NCBI GenBank assembly: GCA_964414985.1 | Contig: CAYPXA010000007.1 | Coordinates: forward strand, 12,233-76,232 | Direction of reading: 5' to 3' | Length of the DNA stretch: 64,000 bases | Source: an uncultured Methanosarcinales archaeon | GTDB lineage: Archaea > Nanobdellota > Nanobdellia > Woesearchaeales > JAGWAF01 | In this document: positions 63,681 to 64,000 of the stretch, one piece after another | Layout: each line of letters starts with the position of its first letter | Position numbering within the stretch: the stretch's first letter is position 1 | Notes under the pieces: model-generated | What the model saw: only the letters and a program-made list of their open reading frames with translations | The model's database searches: none | What the model was told of the DNA's origin: nothing | Translations under genes and position numbers: made by a program

Positions 63681-63726
63681 CATTGCCGCCCAGCGCAGTA
63701 CGCATTCTCACGAAGCTCGAGCAATG
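63681..63726 (+). repeat. internally deleted (46-bp) copy H of the inverted-repeat element
   Basis: cattgccgcccagcgcagtac|gcattctcacgaagctcgagcaatg keeps both terminal arms and lacks the central roughly 50 bp. Confidence 0.65.
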
Positions 63727-63790
63727 AAAATGAGATAAATTTAAATATACAGGCAGGGAAATCACTGCTATAATTGGAGGGGTGTTAGAC

Positions 63791-64000
63791 ATGAAGAAAG
63801 GGGCAAAAATAGGCCTTATTATAGGCGGGATTGCAGTTATAGCAATTGCGATAATTGTGTACAGCGCAGTTTTCACAACAGCAACAAGGACTGCATACCT
63901 CATGGTGGAAGGTTCAGGAGTTGAAGTTGACTCCGGCAAAGGATGGGGGCCTGCAGGGGATATGATGGATTTGTCTCTTGACGACAAAATAAGGACAAAT
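63791..64000 (+). CDS. partial membrane protein (N-terminal TM helix), continues beyond the window
   Basis: MKKGAKIGLIIGGIAVIAIAIIVYSAVF...; truncated by the window end. Confidence 0.35.
   Translation, partial: MKKGAKIGLIIGGIAVIAIAIIVYSAVFTTATRTAYLMVEGSGVEVDSGKGWGPAGDMMDLSLDDKIRTN

Overview
This 64-kb window looks like an archaeal chromosome segment, most plausibly from a small-genome DPANN-type archaeon (inference; about 45-50% GC, compact and largely co-directional genes). Most of it is conserved informational and housekeeping genes.

Translation and ribosome genes: a uL1-uL10(P0)-P1 ribosomal cluster; an Rpo7-Spt4-eS24-eS31 cluster next to a PIN-domain gene; an eL43(L37ae)-RpoP-Pcc1-prefoldin beta-UPF0147 cluster; eL40 and aIF5A; aRF1; aIF5B next to a Nip7-like gene; AlaRS; a DRG-family GTPase; the CCA-adding enzyme; and tRNA and rRNA methyltransferases (METTL5-like, Trm-G10/Trm11-like, SpoU/TrmJ-like).

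Other annotated genes: RNase HII, SMC, endonuclease IV, a NurA-like nuclease, an Nre-like repair protein, undecaprenyl-pyrophosphate synthase (UppS), PEP synthase, a PfkB kinase, a DhnA-type aldolase, a site-2 protease, MscS, TspO, a GNAT acetyltransferase, a radical SAM protein, a DHH phosphoesterase, tRNA-dihydrouridine synthase (Dus), a PIG-L deacetylase with a GT4 glycosyltransferase, and a thioredoxin.

Features not explained by ordinary gene content:
- A roughly 95-bp repeat family with CATTGCCGC...GCGGCAATG terminal inverted repeats, present in 8 intergenic copies of two structural subtypes; I interpret it as a MITE or a structured small-RNA family.
- A 1.4-kb AT-rich, repeat-dense intergenic region (3868..5256) flanked by two paralogous coiled-coil winged-helix genes; it could be an origin, a centromere-like site or a regulatory hub.
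- Three tRNA loci, two of them unusually long (119 and 139 nt) with insertions outside the canonical 37/38 position, consistent with non-canonical introns.
- A bicistron of a HEPN-motif protein and an HTH/Zn-ribbon regulator.
- An HPF/RaiA-like gene in an archaeal context.
- A low-GC methyltransferase next to tRNA-Pro.

Two small genes missing from the ORF track, eL40 and RpoP, were recovered by direct translation.
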